This document shows, in pieces, positions 34,726-43,682 of a DNA stretch of 63,512 nt. The position numbers and the translations under genes were made by a program. Within the stretch, counting starts at the first letter, position 1, and every line of letters starts with the position of its first letter. Below the pieces are notes generated by a model, which was not told the DNA's origin, did no database searches, and was given only the letters and a program-made list of their open reading frames with translations. The DNA is from a virus. The stretch is taken from IMG/VR virus record IMGVR_UViG_3300024432_001127, positions 1 through 63,512 of that record; one strand, written 5' to 3'.

Positions 34726-35319
34726 TTAAAAGTTTATTTTCAGTTTTTTCTGAAAAACATGGTAGTGATCCAACATATCGTGGCCCTTCCGTTGCATAAG
34801 CCGCTCAACAACCTCTTCATCTGAGAACGGTCGCCACTCCCCCGTCAATTGGAAAGCGGTATCAGGCGACACATCCATCGACCGGCGCTCCGGCCAAATT
34901 GCATCCAGACATGCTTCACGCTGATTGTGACAATGCCCGTATAAATGAAGCGAACCACGATGACTCGACGGCCAGTGCGCATGTGGATAGTGCGACAGGA
35001 ACGCCAAGGCTCCACACACCTTCTTCACCATGCGTGTCAAATACATGGCCCCGCCAAACACATTTCGACACTTGGCTTCACTATCATGGTTGCCAACAAT
35101 CAAAGTCACATGGCGACATCGAATCCGTTGTCTCCAATAACCCGGCCGCTTCCACGCAAAGTCTCCGAGAATGAATAAGCGATCTGCACGATCCACCAGT
35201 CTATTGATATTACCCAATATCAACTCGTTCCACTCGTCTAAAGTGAATGGACGGGTCACCTGCGGTTCAAAGAACTTCGCGTGGTCAAAATGACAATCCG
35301 CAGTGAAAAATGTTTTCAT
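34726..35319 (-). CDS. Calcineurin-like metallophosphoesterase
   Basis: DCHFDH, GDF, GNHD and GHCH motifs. The start is at MKTFFTADCHF. Confidence 0.65.
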   Translation of the reverse strand: MKTFFTADCHFDHAKFFEPQVTRPFTLDEWNELILGNINRLVDRADRLFILGDFAWKRPGYWRQRIRCRHVTLIVGNHDSEAKCRNVFGGAMYLTRMVKKVCGALAFLSHYPHAHWPSSHRGSLHLYGHCHNQREACLDAIWPERRSMDVSPDTAFQLTGEWRPFSDEEVVERLMQRKGHDMLDHYHVFQKKLKINF

Positions 35320-35330
35320 AGCTCCAAGAC

Positions 35331-35957
35331 TTATAGTGAAAAGACTCCTACAAAGGCTTCGGCATTCGGAGTCCAATACTCGTTTAGCCGGGGAATACTA
35401 AGTTTCTCGATGCGCAAACCAGTGAGTCCTTTAGACAACAATTCCGGTGTAAGCACGTGCGGATGGCATTTGTCGGCTGGAATGTTAATCCATTCAAAGA
35501 TACGAAGCCGACCGCACCTATTGAGATGATTTTTTGCTTCGACAAGAACCTTGTTTGGATCGGCAACATGTTGAAGCACATTACATATCCAAACCTCATC
35601 GGCCGGCCACACATCAACCGTCAATAAATCCTCGCCCGCACAACGTACAAAGTCGATGCCATACTGACAATACCGGCGAAGTACAGCTTTTGGCCAGGCG
35701 ATAGGATCAACAACAGTGAGACGCGAGGCGTGGTGACACCGAAGTGTCATTGACACAGGACCCCCGCCTATATCAATCACGGACTTACCTTGCATGTCAA
35801 ACTCACCATTGTCGCCGTAATCAGCAATCAATTGCATTTCACGACTGTACATTTCTTGTTTGACAAACTCCTGCCATGTCGATAAGTTGAGACAGTCACC
35901 CCAGAATTTAGCTTCGTGTTTCTGGGCGTCGATCCAAATCTGAGAATCAGTCGTCAT
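35331..35957 (-). CDS. Class I SAM-dependent methyltransferase
   Basis: Motif I VIDIGGGPV. The start was set at MTTDSQIW. The longer ORF extension is a Thr-rich frame-mirror of the acidic repeat gene. Confidence 0.55.
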   Translation of the reverse strand: MTTDSQIWIDAQKHEAKFWGDCLNLSTWQEFVKQEMYSREMQLIADYGDNGEFDMQGKSVIDIGGGPVSMTLRCHHASRLTVVDPIAWPKAVLRRYCQYGIDFVRCAGEDLLTVDVWPADEVWICNVLQHVADPNKVLVEAKNHLNRCGRLRIFEWINIPADKCHPHVLTPELLSKGLTGLRIEKLSIPRLNEYWTPNAEAFVGVFSL

Positions 35958-36186
35958 CGTCCTCGTCGTCCTCGTGATTGTAATCAAAGTCGTCCTCGTC
36001 GAGATCATCGAGATCATCGAAATCATCATCGAAATCATCATCGAAATCGCCGTCAAAATCGCCGTCAAAATCGTCGTCAAAATCGTCGTCGTCGTCGTCG
36101 ATTTTGTCGTCGAAGTCGTCGTCGTGAAAGTCGTCAACAAAGTCGTTGTCGAAGTCGTCAAGAGTAGGGTAACTGCTTTCGGGCAT
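35947..36186 (-). CDS. Extremely acidic D/F-repeat protein (candidate DNA-mimic)
   Basis: MPESSYPTLDDFDNDFVDDFHDDDFDDKIDDDDDDFDDDFDGDFDGDFDDDFDDDFDDLDDLDEDDFDYNHEDDEDDDD, encoded by GTCGTC/GATTTC tandem repeats. Confidence 0.45.
   Translation of the reverse strand: MPESSYPTLDDFDNDFVDDFHDDDFDDKIDDDDDDFDDDFDGDFDGDFDDDFDDDFDDLDDLDEDDFDYNHEDDEDDDD
35985..36130. repeat. Low-complexity tandem repeat tract (GAC/GAT-TTC units)
   Basis: Direct reading gives cgtcctcgtcgagatcatcgagatcatcgaaatcatcatcgaaatc...gtcgtcgtcgtcg. Confidence 0.8.
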
Positions 36187-36223
36187 TTGTCTCTCCCTTT
36201 CCCTTTGGAACAAGTTAAATCAG

Positions 36224-36568
36224 TTACGGTTGAATGATCGGCGAAGGTGGTTCAGTTGGCGGTGAAGGCGGTTCAGTTGGCGGTGGCTGCGGCGCGCCTG
36301 CCGTAGGCGGTGCCACTCGATGAATACGAGACTTAATCGAGTACCACTGCAACAACATCTTGAAAACATCGTCGGCCGATAGACCCTCAAAGCAAGCCAA
36401 TGGAAACTGAAGGCTATTACCTGCAAAGAAATGGACATGGTACTGGACAATAAGACCATTAGGCAAAGTGACCTTAAGAGTTGTATCGATCATCGGACTG
36501 ATGGTCTCTTCCACCTCTTGCATCTGACCATCATACGGCCCACCAAGAAAAAGAATTCGTGACGCCAT
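36224..36568 (-). CDS. Hypothetical protein with C-terminal Pro-rich repeat (PPTEPPSP x2)
   Basis: 114-aa ORF. The 24-nt tandem duplication at 36241-36290 encodes the repeat. Confidence 0.4.
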   Translation of the reverse strand: MASRILFLGGPYDGQMQEVEETISPMIDTTLKVTLPNGLIVQYHVHFFAGNSLQFPLACFEGLSADDVFKMLLQWYSIKSRIHRVAPPTAGAPQPPPTEPPSPPTEPPSPIIQP

Positions 36569-36569
36569 G

Positions 36570-37178
36570 TTAATTTCCCTCTCTTATGAGGCATTGTTGA
36601 CATTGTATGTAAGTCACTTCCGTGTCACTCAATTCCGAACCAGGGGCCAAACATTTCATAGTCACTTGGATACAACCACAGTTTTTTGAACGATGCCCTT
36701 GCGGAAATCGCAGTAAGCATTTCGGCCACAACGGAGTAAATCGCCACGAATTCTCGGAATCACGCTGATAGCCCCTAATATCGCGTGGCGGTTCCCATGT
36801 GCCTTCCTCATGTTCATATACGATACTACCATCCGACTCCATTGTAAAGCGACGATCTTTTCCAGGTCGATGACGTGGAAGTGATGTGCGGATAGCTTGC
36901 AAATCGGGTCGTTCAATTGAATGATTAACAACCCAATTCGGGAGACCCTTCAACGAAACAAGTGGATGCTGCGGTGTTTCACTAAAATAACCTGTCTCAG
37001 TTTGACCGTCCTCAGTTTTCATAGTCATCAGACGCCCGTGCTCCTCAGCCGCCACCTGACACGATACACACTCTTCGTGAGTACAATCATCTCGCTTCAA
37101 GAAACAATGTAATCTCACAGACTCCAGTCTTCGAGTAAAGCGTCGGTGTATACACTTGGGAAGATTCATTAACAGCAA
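36570..37178 (-). CDS. Cys-rich hypothetical protein, member 1 of a 3-gene paralogue family (EPPRDIxGYQRD motif)
   Basis: DGSIVYEHEEGTWEPPRDIRGYQRDSENSWRFTPLWPKC...C.C resembles the ORFs at 49690-50028 and 50028-50453. Confidence 0.5.
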   Translation of the reverse strand: MLLMNLPKCIHRRFTRRLESVRLHCFLKRDDCTHEECVSCQVAAEEHGRLMTMKTEDGQTETGYFSETPQHPLVSLKGLPNWVVNHSIERPDLQAIRTSLPRHRPGKDRRFTMESDGSIVYEHEEGTWEPPRDIRGYQRDSENSWRFTPLWPKCLLRFPQGHRSKNCGCIQVTMKCLAPGSELSDTEVTYIQCQQCLIREGN

Positions 37179-38401
37179 GTTTCGCCTTCTGGAGTTGGTT
37201 CCGGATAAGCTCGGGTAAGTTGAACCTCAAGCACTTGATACGAGTGACAACCACCGACAAATTCGCAAGGATCACCAGGACCATAAGCAGCGCACCAGTA
37301 ATAAGGAACGCCTCCACAAGACGGCATACCAGTTATATACGCTTGGCCACTTTGCGTATATCCACCGCCTATCGCATAAGTCCAATCCCCATGCCACTCT
37401 CCACCCCCCTCGTAGTAAATATGACTTTTTATTTGAACAGACCAAGCAGCACGGCATCGGTGAAGAGAAGTAGGAATATGCCCTCCTAAACAATCCGGAG
37501 GCAGTTCATCACAAGTCTTGTTAGTTATCGGTTCCGTCCCAGGTAACGCCGTGTAGAAAAGTTGACAAAGGAGTGGAGCAATAGCATTTGCCATCAACCG
37601 ACTATTCTCCGCCTTCTCATCAGCTAAAACTGCGGCGTCATCAACTTCCACCTGCTTGGCATCGCGTTCCACAATCTTAGCGTCCAATTCCACTTGCTTG
37701 GCATCAACTTCATCTTGCTTAGCGTCTACAGCCGCTTGTGCTGCTTCGCAATTATTTGGCGGCGGTTTTGCACACTCAATATCCCGAATTTCTTCAAGTG
37801 CCAACAACTCAGCTTCAAGGTCCTCCAACTCATCTTCTAGCTCTTCGACTTCCTCGATAAGATTACAAAGCTCTGTTGTGTAATAAGTCCAATTTTGCGT
37901 AGCAATTTTAGCCCAGCCGCCCTCTATTTCCACGGCTCTCCTCGTAGCAGCAGAACACCCGCTACCCCCTGTTGGATTTGACTGACACGCTTCGACAGTG
38001 TACGAACCTATATAAGTCACAACAAGTCCAAGGGCATTATCACAATCGGGCATACACTCCTCGTGACAACACTCCTCTTCATCGCCCCAGCCGCCCCAAT
38101 CTCGATCAAGAGCCGCCTCAATCTCGATAATGATACTATCCCTCCAGATAGTTAAATCTTCGGACCAAGAAAAAGCACACATCTCGTCTATGGCGTCTCG
38201 AAGATTCTCAACATCTTGCTTTGTCCAAACATGATCTTCTTCGACCTCATCAATCGAACTCAATGCTTCGCAACTTGTATCGTCTGGTGGGTCCGCGCGC
38301 TCATCATTAACTTTGCGAATCACAGCATTCCATGCCTGATGGAGGTCTTCAGGCGTATCGCGTTTGTAGATGTTACCGCTTGGATTGGGATTCGCCATCA
38401 T
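37169..38401 (-). CDS. Hypothetical coiled-coil, Cys-rich protein
   Basis: 410 aa. The central region has heptad-like DAKQ(D/V)E(V/L)D repeats. The N- and C-terminal thirds are Cys-rich. Confidence 0.45.
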   Translation of the reverse strand: MMANPNPSGNIYKRDTPEDLHQAWNAVIRKVNDERADPPDDTSCEALSSIDEVEEDHVWTKQDVENLRDAIDEMCAFSWSEDLTIWRDSIIIEIEAALDRDWGGWGDEEECCHEECMPDCDNALGLVVTYIGSYTVEACQSNPTGGSGCSAATRRAVEIEGGWAKIATQNWTYYTTELCNLIEEVEELEDELEDLEAELLALEEIRDIECAKPPPNNCEAAQAAVDAKQDEVDAKQVELDAKIVERDAKQVEVDDAAVLADEKAENSRLMANAIAPLLCQLFYTALPGTEPITNKTCDELPPDCLGGHIPTSLHRCRAAWSVQIKSHIYYEGGGEWHGDWTYAIGGGYTQSGQAYITGMPSCGGVPYYWCAAYGPGDPCEFVGGCHSYQVLEVQLTRAYPEPTPEGETCC

Positions 38402-38576
38402 CTGTCTCGCTTAAACGTAACTCGTCGCCGGTCGCAATCACAAGTCCTCCAGCCAACTCCTGTGGCGAGAAAGTGACCACGATTGAACCATCTTCCTGTC
38501 GTTGAATCATCTCGTCCGTAAGTATCATTTCCCGGATTTTCTCCCCGTCTCGCCACTGCTCAACTAAATTATACAT
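38373..38576 (-). CDS. Hypothetical protein
   Basis: 67-aa ORF. Confidence 0.3.
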   Translation of the reverse strand: MYNLVEQWRDGEKIREMILTDEMIQRQEDGSIVVTFSPQELAGGLVIATGDELRLSETDDGESQSKR

Positions 38577-38588
38577 AGCATCCCCAGT

Positions 38589-38762
38589 TTAGAGATGAGG
38601 TTCAGTTCCCTTACGACGAGCTACTGCAAGTCCTTGGGCTCGTGCTTTTTCTTTCGCACGCTCGCGACTAGCCTTATTGCCAGACGTGTACGAATACTTT
38701 TTACCAGTCGTACCCCACTGATACGCTGGCTTACCATCGACAGTTGTTCGACGAACAGGCAT
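38589..38762 (-). CDS. Small basic hypothetical protein
   Basis: The start was chosen at MPVRRTTVDG. Confidence 0.3.
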   Translation of the reverse strand: MPVRRTTVDGKPAYQWGTTGKKYSYTSGNKASRERAKEKARAQGLAVARRKGTEPHL

Positions 38763-38790
38763 AGTAGTTCCCTTAATTGTATTTAACTCA

Positions 38791-40107
38791 TCAGTCCACC
38801 CAAATCGGGCCCACATCACGACCACCATCAATTTTATAGCGCTGCGGGCCAAGTTTCTCGTTCGGATGACGAAGCTTAACATTCAATCGCCATGACACCC
38901 CATATCGAGGCGACACCCCATGTAACCACTGCGCAGGCTCTCGATAACCTGCCAAGGCATTATAGGCAAACTGATCAGTCGCCAACCATGAGCCATTGAC
39001 CATTAGCTCGCCGTCAATATCGGAAAACGTACTCGCTGTATGGTGGTGACCACAACAAAAATAGCGAACTCGTGAAGCACCGGCGGCCGCGCCGAGAGCA
39101 ACAAGACCTTTCTGTCGCCGCACCATTCCGTACCATGGAATGCCTAGTTGACTCCGTACATCATCGCCATGTGAGATATTGAATCCGACGCCATTGATGT
39201 CAATATTGGCACTCCAGGCATCGGGAATCATAAACGTAACATTTTCCAAATCGCGGCAATGCAGCCGAGCCAACTCGGCGCATAAATAATCCCAATTCTC
39301 TTGAGGCCCACGGAAGTCTTTCTTTTGAGTCCGGCGCCCATGATTCCCGGCAAGGTATAACACATTCACCTGCGAGAAGTGTGCAGCTAAATCACGATAC
39401 ATTAAAGCATGAAGTTGCCCAATGGCGAAACAGTTGCGAAAAATGTTTCGGTAATAGGATCGCGGCACATGCCCGTGTATCTCACCACTGGTAAAATCAC
39501 CGTAAGCCAATACCCACAATACAGGGAAATGAAACTTCGGAGCCAGAGTCTTCTGTGTCCAATCCACTACTGTATTAACGTAACGCTCCGCTCGACAACA
39601 GGAGACAGGAAAATTGTACTCTTCGAGGCCACCGACTTCCGAAGCCCGAACCACCTGATCGTGATGACCATCACTCAAGTGCATAACCACATGCTCCGTG
39701 ATTTGCGATTTCTCCGGATACTTAATCGCAGAAGGTAACGATTCAAACGGTTTGACTCGCATGTCCATCTCTTCAACAATGGCTCGTTGGATGCCGCCTT
39801 CCCGGGCGCCGGCCTTCGATTTACGACGTTCAAGCAGCAACTCGTCACGTAGACTTACAACTTCCACTTCCAAATCCTGAACTCGTTCATCAGTGGGGTC
39901 GTACTCAGTGTTTTTGCGTTGGCCGCCACGCACCCGCGCTGATTGGTGATCCTCCGGCCAAGGAACGTCCTTATGCACACGGTTAGTAGCAATATCTGAA
40001 ATGATGGACCGACTAACTTTGTAAATTTTAGCGATCTCTGGCTGCGTCTCCCCATTAACCAACCGCTGCTTGATCCCACCGACTTGTTCTTTTGTCAATT
40101 TCTTCAT
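38791..40107 (-). CDS. HTH-domain protein fused to a calcineurin-like metallophosphoesterase
   Basis: N-terminal HTH (QPEIAKIYKVSRSIISDI). The C-terminal half has VMHLSDGHHD, LAGNHG and CCGHHHT motifs. Confidence 0.6.
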   Translation of the reverse strand: MKKLTKEQVGGIKQRLVNGETQPEIAKIYKVSRSIISDIATNRVHKDVPWPEDHQSARVRGGQRKNTEYDPTDERVQDLEVEVVSLRDELLLERRKSKAGAREGGIQRAIVEEMDMRVKPFESLPSAIKYPEKSQITEHVVMHLSDGHHDQVVRASEVGGLEEYNFPVSCCRAERYVNTVVDWTQKTLAPKFHFPVLWVLAYGDFTSGEIHGHVPRSYYRNIFRNCFAIGQLHALMYRDLAAHFSQVNVLYLAGNHGRRTQKKDFRGPQENWDYLCAELARLHCRDLENVTFMIPDAWSANIDINGVGFNISHGDDVRSQLGIPWYGMVRRQKGLVALGAAAGASRVRYFCCGHHHTASTFSDIDGELMVNGSWLATDQFAYNALAGYREPAQWLHGVSPRYGVSWRLNVKLRHPNEKLGPQRYKIDGGRDVGPIWVD

Positions 40108-40110
40108 TGC

Positions 40111-40140
40111 TATTCCCCGTTGTTCCCCGTTGTTCCCCTT
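40111..40140 (-). repeat. Direct 10-nt repeats (TTCCCCGTTG x2.6) immediately upstream of the HTH-phosphoesterase start
   Basis: tattccccgttgttccccgttgttcccc lies directly 5' of the ATG on the minus strand. Confidence 0.6.
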
Positions 40141-40180
40141 GAATCAAAATCTGCGAGAGGGCGGCCAACGCCGCCCTCTC
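40141..40180 (-). terminator. Rho-independent terminator-like hairpin after the S1 protease gene
   Basis: GAGAGGGCGGC-caac-GCCGCCCTCTC is a perfect 11-bp stem, followed on the minus strand by GCAGATTTTGATTC. Confidence 0.55.
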
Positions 40181-40203
40181 ACTTTCCCCCCTCAGCACAA
40201 GAA

Positions 40204-41160
40204 TTACCGAGTAGCTTCCAGCAGCTTCTCGAAAAGCCACTTTCCAACAGGACTCGGGTACATACCGGGACTACTCTGATAACTTGTCGGAAGAATACCG
40301 AGCACTTCAACCGGAAGCTTTTCAAGTTCAGCATACGAAGGCATTGGCACAGAGGGATCAAGTGCCCATGCAATATTTGAGTCAACTGCCCATTTGTGGA
40401 TTCGACGTACAGGGACAATAAAATTGAATCCCTGAAGACGCTGAACGCCTTGCGTCAACATACCAATGTAAATACCGGTGTCTTTCAAGTAGACGCCGCC
40501 ACCAGAGGAACCTGGAAAAGCAACCGCCGTAACCTGATCGAAGACCTTTCGATACGCACCCTTACTTTCCAGGAGCCTGCCAGTTTGACTAAGTACGCCT
40601 GTCGTGTAACTATTAGCGCCAAACTGCCCCAGCAAACTGCCGCAGTGACTCAGATTTTCGCCGACCGGCGGAATGTAATTGTGATCGGGATGAAATTTCG
40701 CAGAGGCGGAAATCGGATACGCATTTTTAAGACGAATCATTAGAACCGCCAAGTCCTCGCCGTAATCCGCATCACTGTACTTAATGACCTTACAATCCAA
40801 AGTTTGTTCACCGACTCGCCGTCCATTTTGGTGGCGTTCTTGAACAATCACAGGGTCTCTGAATTCCACCAAATACTTCGTAGCACCGTCTTCAGTAATA
40901 ACTCTGCGAATGGTTCGATAACAATCAACAACATGGGCGGCCGTCCACACAAATGTCACAGTGTCGCCGTCAATCTGTCGTGTAACAAGTGTGCCGGAAC
41001 CTTGGGCGCTACCCGCTCGAATAGTGACACTGATGTTTTGCAAGTATTCGGGAACCGATACGGTCGGTTCGGCAATGGCCGTTGAACTGAATACCAATAC
41101 CATGAACAAAGTCAATAGGCTTCGCATAAGAGACCTCCAGAAAAGTTTAAGAAACATCAA
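40204..41160 (-). CDS. Secreted trypsin-like (S1 family) serine peptidase
   Basis: Signal peptide. TAAHVV (His), a Asp region and GSSGGGV (Ser) catalytic motifs. Confidence 0.7.
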   Translation of the reverse strand: MMFLKLFWRSLMRSLLTLFMVLVFSSTAIAEPTVSVPEYLQNISVTIRAGSAQGSGTLVTRQIDGDTVTFVWTAAHVVDCYRTIRRVITEDGATKYLVEFRDPVIVQERHQNGRRVGEQTLDCKVIKYSDADYGEDLAVLMIRLKNAYPISASAKFHPDHNYIPPVGENLSHCGSLLGQFGANSYTTGVLSQTGRLLESKGAYRKVFDQVTAVAFPGSSGGGVYLKDTGIYIGMLTQGVQRLQGFNFIVPVRRIHKWAVDSNIAWALDPSVPMPSYAELEKLPVEVLGILPTSYQSSPGMYPSPVGKWLFEKLLEATR

Positions 41161-43129
41161 CTGACAGTAGCTTGTTTTCGGTACCTTTTGGGTTTTCCCA
41201 ATTTATTCCATCCATAACCTCGCCCATACTCATAAGCTCCAGACGACGATTAGCACGAAGAACTTCAAGCACTCGTTCATCTGTCGGCAAATGAATAAGA
41301 TCAACAATCAAGACGCCCAAATTCAGATCGGTGCCAATTCTGTGCAACCGATCCTCCGACTGAACACGGTACTCAGGCTTATACGTATTCGAGAAGTAGA
41401 CAGCCATGCGGGCTTCCACCAACGTCAAACTCATACCGCCACTCTCTGGATGCGCTACAAAAGCAACACGAGGATTAGAGAAATTAGCCCAGTAATCCAG
41501 TGGCTCTATCCCTGTGATTACTTTACCCTCATGCGTAGTTACCTGAAAACCCCGACCGTCACAACGGACAACATGCCAACCTTCTTCGTGGCAAAGCCGC
41601 ACACAGCGATCAATTGTACCAGTGAATCCTCCAAATATGACTACACGCCCATGTTCAGCATTCTCTTCCAATAGCATCTTGAGAGCTTGATCCTTCGGAC
41701 ATGGAACCTCGCGGGTTGTCCGAATGTACCGTGGCATTTGCTGCGTACCCTTGCAAGTTGGGCATTCAAGCTGCACCTCTTGAAGTCGCTCCACAATCTC
41801 AGGATTCACAAGATCAATGGCTTTGTACATTCGATCAGGATTACTCGGGTCCGACCATTCAGTGATTTTGCCTTCGGTGCAATGGGTGCAGTGAATTGTT
41901 CCGTCCTGTTTTTCACGATACTGGAAACCATCGCTCAACTCACGTAGTAACGTCACTCCAGTTATCGCATTCGGCGCTGCCGTCATCAACGCTTTAGCCA
42001 CACGCAACGTACTGGGACTTGGCTTACAATAGATGCGTCGATACCGTTTATCCGGCAAATCAAGGCAGTTTTTCTTGTGTTTAATAACAACAAGGCCCTT
42101 CATCCGCTGTGGCAGTAAAGCGACTTCATTGGTACTCGACTTATACTTGTGAAAGTCCTCAAGGGCTTCACATGTAGTTTCATCGTGATCAGGATGATCA
42201 GCATAGTGACCACACTCATGGCATTTGAGTTCATCGTCACGCCAGCCTTCAACCTTGTTGACAGCAACTCCAGTATCGAAATGGTGAAGTTTCATAAATG
42301 ACAAGCGTCGGCGAAATGCTTTATCGCTACCTTCGGCTAGAAAACCAGGCCAAACAATCTCAGCCTGCGCCCACCAATCCACCGGCGTTTTTGGAGACGG
42401 GGTGCCTGTCATCAAAATCACAAAGCCATTCGTACCGTGTTCCTTGCGAATCAAATCAGCCAGCTTTGCAGCAGCCTGTGTACGCTGAGCACTCCAATTC
42501 TTCAACTTCGATGATTCGTCACCGATGAAACCGATCGGAATTAGGTCTCCCGGAGTGAAATCATCCATGCGGCGCACTAGCCGTTCGTAAGTCATAAACT
42601 CAACATTGAACTGATCAAATGGAAAATTCCACTTGCGAAATTCACGTTGAATGTTAGGTAAACTTGTTTTGGGGCCAGCCCACCACCACTCCCCGCCTTG
42701 TGAACGTTCAATCACTTCTTGCGCAGAGAGAGTTTTACCAAGCCCCATCTCAGCACCCCAAATCTGATAATGATACGTGAGTCCGGCATCAGTCATATCT
42801 CTCTGGTGCGACATCAATGGACGGGTGTAATTGAAATGCTGCAATGACTGATCGAAATGCTCATAGATATTCTCACCCGCCAAAAATCGCATAGCCAACC
42901 GATTACGATGGCAGTCTTCAACCGACCACATCCGTCTTGGATTCACATCATCATAACCATGATACTTTGCGCCTCGCATCGCTTTAATGGCGTCTTTGAA
43001 ACAGAAGTCACTCTTGACGAAATGAATTCGGCCACCTTTTATCTCAAAAATAATCGGGGCCTCACGTTTTCGACCAAGATTATCTGTCTTAAGCCACTTA
43101 ACAGTATGCAATCCTGATGCCATCATCAC
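41147..43129 (-). CDS. SNF2-family helicase with inserted zinc-ribbon region
   Basis: GLGKT (Walker A, motif I), DESS (motif II) and YRVQSEDRLHRIG (motif VI), with Cys clusters between the helicase lobes. Confidence 0.75.
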   Translation of the reverse strand: MMMASGLHTVKWLKTDNLGRKREAPIIFEIKGGRIHFVKSDFCFKDAIKAMRGAKYHGYDDVNPRRMWSVEDCHRNRLAMRFLAGENIYEHFDQSLQHFNYTRPLMSHQRDMTDAGLTYHYQIWGAEMGLGKTLSAQEVIERSQGGEWWWAGPKTSLPNIQREFRKWNFPFDQFNVEFMTYERLVRRMDDFTPGDLIPIGFIGDESSKLKNWSAQRTQAAAKLADLIRKEHGTNGFVILMTGTPSPKTPVDWWAQAEIVWPGFLAEGSDKAFRRRLSFMKLHHFDTGVAVNKVEGWRDDELKCHECGHYADHPDHDETTCEALEDFHKYKSSTNEVALLPQRMKGLVVIKHKKNCLDLPDKRYRRIYCKPSPSTLRVAKALMTAAPNAITGVTLLRELSDGFQYREKQDGTIHCTHCTEGKITEWSDPSNPDRMYKAIDLVNPEIVERLQEVQLECPTCKGTQQMPRYIRTTREVPCPKDQALKMLLEENAEHGRVVIFGGFTGTIDRCVRLCHEEGWHVVRCDGRGFQVTTHEGKVITGIEPLDYWANFSNPRVAFVAHPESGGMSLTLVEARMAVYFSNTYKPEYRVQSEDRLHRIGTDLNLGVLIVDLIHLPTDERVLEVLRANRRLELMSMGEVMDGINWENPKGTENKLLSVDVS

Positions 43130-43650
43130 CCTCGTTTATCTTCGAGTAAATAGGTCACTTGATCCGTTGCCGGCCGTCGCCGAAAATTTGCCCAAAGATT
43201 GATTCCTTCACTTTGAAACCTGGTGTGAATTTCGTTAAACGCATGGCGAACCTCTGTTGGCATCTCCGGTGCAGTGCCCGCAATTACTGCCAACTGCCAT
43301 TGAGCCAAATTACCGGTCATCACCGCTAACAACACGCCCCGTACAACTGTAACTGCTGTCACAAACGGTATGCCACCGGCGCACTCTGCCATGTCCAGTA
43401 TATCCAATTCATTCGCCACAACCAGCACGCTATACGTAACATGAGTCAGCAACTCCGGATTCAAATCAATTCCGGCTTCTGAACTACGCATCGCCGACAA
43501 ATAGCTCAAAAAACAATCGGCAGCCGATAACTGTTTTGAGGAGGCATCGACTGCTGATGCTAGACTACGGCCAAGAACCTTCAATGCAATACTTAAAAAC
43601 ACGGGAGAATCAAAGTCTGGTCGTTGAATGATGAGTATTTCAGGCTTCAC
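43126..43650 (-). CDS. Hypothetical protein
   Basis: 174-aa ORF with an ATGA overlap with the helicase gene. Confidence 0.4.
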   Translation of the reverse strand: MKPEILIIQRPDFDSPVFLSIALKVLGRSLASAVDASSKQLSAADCFLSYLSAMRSSEAGIDLNPELLTHVTYSVLVVANELDILDMAECAGGIPFVTAVTVVRGVLLAVMTGNLAQWQLAVIAGTAPEMPTEVRHAFNEIHTRFQSEGINLWANFRRRPATDQVTYLLEDKRG

Positions 43651-43682
43651 AATCCTCTATCTCCTCCGAAAACAAGAAAAAA

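Noticed and set aside
35957-36161. Thr-rich N-terminal extension of the SAM methyltransferase ORF.
   Set aside because: It is a frame-shifted reading of the same low-complexity tract. The methyltransferase has a proper start at MTTDSQIW after the tract.
35916-36167. Plus-strand ORF encoding an Arg-rich (RRRRR) protein.
   Set aside because: It is the antisense mirror of the GAC-repeat tract that encodes the acidic protein. There is no independent start context.
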